From the NCBI GenBank assembly GCA_035250025.1, contig DATFFO010000035.1:1-45766 (forward strand): a stretch of DNA of 45,766 bases, in the 5' to 3' direction. The DNA comes from Acidimicrobiia bacterium. GTDB taxonomy: Bacteria; Actinomycetota; Acidimicrobiia; Spongiisociales; ZC4RG35. This document shows, in pieces, positions 42,551 through 45,766 of this stretch (the first letter of the stretch is position 1; each line of letters starts with the position of its first letter). The notes below the pieces were generated by a model. That model saw only the letters and a program-made list of their open reading frames with translations, had not been told where the DNA came from and searched no databases. The translations under genes and the position numbers were made by a program.

Positions 42551-45500
42551 ATGACGTCAAATCAGATCCCGCGCCGGTTTGTCACGGCGACCTCGTTGTT
42601 CGATGGGCATGACGCCTCGATCAACGTGTTTCGGCGGATCTTGCAGGCGGAGGGCTGCGAGGTGGTGCATCTGGGTCATGACCGTTCGGCGTCGGGGATC
42701 GTGGAGGCGGCGATCGAGGAGGATGCGCATGCGGTGGCGGTGACGTCCTATCAGGGGGGTCACATGGAGTTCTTCCGCTATATGCGGGATCTGCTGGTGG
42801 AGCGGGGTGCCGGTCATGTCCGCTTGTTCGGGGGTGGCGGGGGGACGATCTTGCCGGCTGAGGGTGAGGAGCTGGAGGCGTATGGGGTGACGCGGGTGTA
42901 TTCGCCGGATGATGGCCGGGCGATGGGTTTGGTGGGGATGGTGCGCGACATGATGGGGCGGTGTGATTTCGAGCGGGGGGAGTTGGGTGGGGACGCCGAC
43001 GGGTTGCTGGCTCGGCTTGTTGCGGGGGATCGGTCGGCGGTGGCGGTGTTGATCTCGGCGGCGGAGAACTTCGGGGAGAAGTATCGGGACGTGTTCGAGG
43101 AGGTGGGCCGCCTGGCGGCGTCGTCGCCGGCGGTGGTGGTGGGGTTGTCGGGGACGGGCGGTTCGGGCAAGTCGTCGTTGACCGACGAGGTGGTGCGCCG
43201 GTTCCTGGAGGATTTCGGGGCCAAGCGGGTGGGGGTGGTGTCGGTGGACCCGTCGCGGCGCCGGTCGGGTGGGGCGTTGTTGGGGGATCGGATCCGGATG
43301 AACTCTCTGCCGCATCCTCGGGGGTTCATGCGGTCGTTGGCGACGCGGGAGGCGAACTTGTCGTTGTCGCCGCACGTGGGGACGGCGGTGGAGGTATTGA
43401 AGGCGGCCGGGTTCGACCTGGTGATTTTGGAGACGTCGGGTATCGGCCAGTCCGACACGGGGGTGGTGGATGTGGTGGATGTGCCGGTGTATGTGATGAC
43501 GCCGGAGTACGGGGCGGCGACCCAGCTCGAGAAGATCGACATGTTGGATTTCGCTTCGCTGGTGGCGGTGAACAAGGCGGATCGGATGGGGTGGGAGGAC
43601 GCCTTGCGGGAGGTGCGCAAGCAGGTGCGGCGCAACCGGGTGGCGTTCGAGGCGGCCGACGACGAGTTGGGGGTGTGGCCGACGATCGCCTCGGATTTCA
43701 ACGATCCGGGGACGAACCGGTTCTACGCCGAGTTGATGGCCGAGGTCGACCGGGCGGCGGGCGGGAAAGTGACAGCGGCGGGCGGGAAAGTGACAGCGGC
43801 GGGTGGGAAGGTAACAGTGGGGGGTGGTGGGTTCTTGCCGGTGGGGGAGCGGGTTACCGAGCCGGGAGCGAAGCCGCGGGTGGTGCCGGGGGAGCGGGTG
43901 CGGTATCTGGCCGAGATCACCGAGACGATCCGGGCCTATGACGCCTGGGCCGACGAGCAGGCGGGGCTGGCGGAGCGGGCGTACCGGCTGGCGGGGGCGG
44001 CCGAGGTGCTCGAAGACGAGGCGGTGGGGGCGGCGGCGGCGGGGGCTTTGGCGGAGTTGGATCCCGCCGTGCGGGGGGTGGTGGAGGGCTGGGACGAGAT
44101 GGTGGCGGAGTACTCGGGCGACGTGTTGTCGTATCAGGTGCGGGGCCGGGAGGTGAAGGCGTCTTTGGTGCATGAGACCTTGTCGGGGACCCGGGTACCC
44201 AAGGTGGCGACGCCGCGGGTGCGGGGTTGGGGCGACCGGGTGGAGTGGTGGGCTCAAGAGAACATGCCGGGCCGGTTTCCTTACACGGCGGGGATCTACC
44301 CGTTGCGTCGCACCGCCGAGGACCCGACCCGCATGTTCGCCGGGGAGGGCCCGCCCGAACAGACCAACCGCCGTTTCCATTACCTGGCGGCGGGGATGTC
44401 CGCCAAGCGGCTCTCGACCGCCTTCGATTCGGTGACCCTGTATGGGGAGGACCCGGCTGTCCGGCCCGACATCTACGGAAAGGTGGGTAACTCGGGCGTT
44501 TCGGTGGCCACTCTCGACGACGCCAAGAAGCTCTACTCGGGCTTCGACCTGTCCGACCCCCAGACGTCGGTGTCGATGACTATCAACGGCCCCGCTCCCA
44601 TCATCCTGGGGTTCTTCCTCAACGCCGCCGTCGACCAGGCGTGCGAGAAGCACATCCGCGCCGCCGGCCTCGAAGCCGACGTCGAAGCCCGGATCGCCAC
44701 CATCTACGGTGACCGCCCCCGGCCCCGCTACCAAGGCGACCTGCCCGACGGCCACGACGGGCTGGGTTTGATGCTGCTGGGGGTGACGGGCGACCAGGTC
44801 CTCGACGCCGACACCTACGCCCGGATCCGGACCGAGACGTTGAAGACGGTGCGGGGCACCGTCCAGGCCGACATCCTGAAAGAGGACCAGGCCCAGAACA
44901 CGTGCATCTTCTCGGTCGAGTTCGCCCTCACGATGATGGGCGACGTCGCCCAGTTCTTCGTCGATGAGGGGGTGCGGAACTTCTACTCGGTGTCGATCTC
45001 GGGCTATCACATGGCCGAAGCCGGCGCCAACCCCATCACGCAGTTGGCGTTCACCCTCGCCAACGGGTTCACCTACGTCGAGTACTACCTGGCGCGGGGG
45101 ATGGCGATCGACGACTTCGCCCCCAACCTGTCGTTCTTCTTCTCCAACGGCATCGACGCCGAGTACGCCGTGATCGGCCGGGTCGCCCGGCGCATCTGGG
45201 CCAAAGCCCTCAAGCACCGCTACGGCGCCAACCCCCGCTCCCAGATGCTCAAGTACCACGTCCAGACCTCCGGGCGTTCCCTCCACGCCCAGGAGATCTC
45301 CTTCAACGACATCCGCACCACTCTCCAGGCCCTCTACGCCATCTACGACAACGCCAACTCACTGCACACCAACGCCTACGACGAAGCCATCACCACCCCC
45401 ACCGAGGAATCCGTCCGCCGCGCCGTCGCCATCCAACTCATCATCAACAAAGAGCTCGGCCTCAACCACAACCAGAACCCCCTCCAGGGCAGCTACATCA

Positions 45501-45766
45501 TCTCCGAGCTCACCGACCTCGTCGAAGAAGCCGTCCTCGCCGAATTCGACCGCATCTCAAGCCGCGGCGGCGTCCTCGGCGCCATGGAACGCCAATACCA
45601 GCGCACCAAGATCCAAGAAGAATCCCTCCACTACGAACGTCTCAAAGAGACCGGCGAACTGCCCATCGTCGGAGTCAACACCTACCTCTCCGCCCAGGGC
45701 TCACCCTTCCAGATCCCCGACACCCTCATCCGCGCCAGCAACGCCGCCAAAGACCAACAGATCGCC
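42551..45766 (+). CDS. icmF: Fused isobutyryl-CoA mutase IcmF (B12-binding domain, MeaB-like GTPase, mutase barrel); 3' end off window
   Basis: Absent from the ORF track because it has no stop in the window (1072 codons). My translation reads [31 protein letters not shown] (B12 DxHxxG region), [13 protein letters not shown]...NKAD (G-domain), then ...[10 protein letters not shown]...FAGEG...TINGPAP...[16 protein letters not shown]...YHVQTSG (mutase). The 909-aa reverse ORF 42557..45286 is its antisense shadow. Confidence 0.92.
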   Translation, partial: MTSNQIPRRFVTATSLFDGHDASINVFRRILQAEGCEVVHLGHDRSASGIVEAAIEEDAHAVAVTSYQGGHMEFFRYMRDLLVERGAGHVRLFGGGGGTILPAEGEELEAYGVTRVYSPDDGRAMGLVGMVRDMMGRCDFERGELGGDADGLLARLVAGDRSAVAVLISAAENFGEKYRDVFEEVGRLAASSPAVVVGLSGTGGSGKSSLTDEVVRRFLEDFGAKRVGVVSVDPSRRRSGGALLGDRIRMNSLPHPRGFMRSLATREANLSLSPHVGTAVEVLKAAGFDLVILETSGIGQSDTGVVDVVDVPVYVMTPEYGAATQLEKIDMLDFASLVAVNKADRMGWEDALREVRKQVRRNRVAFEAADDELGVWPTIASDFNDPGTNRFYAELMAEVDRAAGGKVTAAGGKVTAAGGKVTVGGGGFLPVGERVTEPGAKPRVVPGERVRYLAEITETIRAYDAWADEQAGLAERAYRLAGAAEVLEDEAVGAAAAGALAELDPAVRGVVEGWDEMVAEYSGDVLSYQVRGREVKASLVHETLSGTRVPKVATPRVRGWGDRVEWWAQENMPGRFPYTAGIYPLRRTAEDPTRMFAGEGPPEQTNRRFHYLAAGMSAKRLSTAFDSVTLYGEDPAVRPDIYGKVGNSGVSVATLDDAKKLYSGFDLSDPQTSVSMTINGPAPIILGFFLNAAVDQACEKHIRAAGLEADVEARIATIYGDRPRPRYQGDLPDGHDGLGLMLLGVTGDQVLDADTYARIRTETLKTVRGTVQADILKEDQAQNTCIFSVEFALTMMGDVAQFFVDEGVRNFYSVSISGYHMAEAGANPITQLAFTLANGFTYVEYYLARGMAIDDFAPNLSFFFSNGIDAEYAVIGRVARRIWAKALKHRYGANPRSQMLKYHVQTSGRSLHAQEISFNDIRTTLQALYAIYDNANSLHTNAYDEAITTPTEESVRRAVAIQLIINKELGLNHNQNPLQGSYIISELTDLVEEAVLAEFDRISSRGGVLGAMERQYQRTKIQEESLHYERLKETGELPIVGVNTYLSAQGSPFQIPDTLIRASNAAKDQQIA
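43754..43816 (+). repeat. In-frame 21-bp x3 tandem repeat in the icmF linker
   Basis: gcggcgggcgggaaagtgaca occurs twice perfectly (43754-43795), with a third copy carrying 3 mismatches. It encodes [21 protein letters not shown] between the G-domain and the mutase domain. Confidence 0.9.

Noticed and set aside
42557-45286. 909-aa reverse-strand ORF, the longest ORF in the supplied track
   Set aside because: Its translation is Arg/Pro/His/Gly-rich low-complexity sequence with no motifs. The opposite strand in the same region encodes a continuous, motif-perfect IcmF. It is a stop-free antisense shadow caused by extreme G-rich third positions in icmF.

Overview
This is a GC-rich segment of conserved chromosomal core with actinobacterial-type gene order, resembling the M. 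tuberculosis Rv2916c-to-Rv2783c region and the Streptomyces whiG-rpsB-tsf-pyrH-frr-cdsA block. Genes in order: ppc (partial, reverse), ffh, rpsP, a KH protein, rimM, a reverse-strand lipoprotein, trmD, rplS, lepB, DUF2469, yraN, a small insert (Zn-ribbon-like miniprotein, micro-ORF, crotonase), yifB/comM, dprA, a WhiG/FliA-type sigma factor, rpsB, tsf, pyrH, frr, cdsA, dxr, rseP, ispG, proS, fdhD (reverse), serC, rimP, nusA, infB, DUF503, rbfA, nrnA, truB, ribF, rpsO, pnp, ettA (reverse), a membrane protein, an Fpg/Nei glycosylase, a LexA-box-controlled imuA'-imuB cassette, plsC and an SGNH hydrolase (reverse), a MarR regulator, a small hypothetical (reverse), and a nearly complete fused isobutyryl-CoA mutase (icmF) running off the 3' end. 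I saw no tRNA or rRNA genes, CRISPR arrays, transposases, integrases or recognisable defence genes. Many long ORFs in the supplied track are antisense or off-frame shadows, as expected in high-GC DNA. I did not find a convincing new multi-gene system, because this is mostly housekeeping DNA. The items most worth a second look are: (1) a roughly 290-bp composite repeat element (terminal inverted repeats, 2 x ~103-bp tandem units, GC hairpins) between the glycosylase gene and the SOS box of imuA'-imuB; (2) an interspersed stem-forming repeat that starts at the TGA stop of two genes that interrupt conserved synteny; (3) heptanucleotide tandem-repeat arrays and a 27-nt T/G-rich motif found twice in intergenic spacers; (4) a recurrent TANNNT-N6/7-start-codon arrangement implying widespread leaderless transcription; (5) an abrupt codon and strand-composition switch inside icmF, plus an in-frame 21-bp repeat; (6) an Arg/Gly-rich repeat tail on PNPase; (7) two unlinked genes sharing an uncharacterised domain; (8) a CPGC...HWHxxCW miniprotein with a possible upstream 37-codon membrane micro-ORF. 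All homology calls come from reading translations and recalling motifs; no searches were run.
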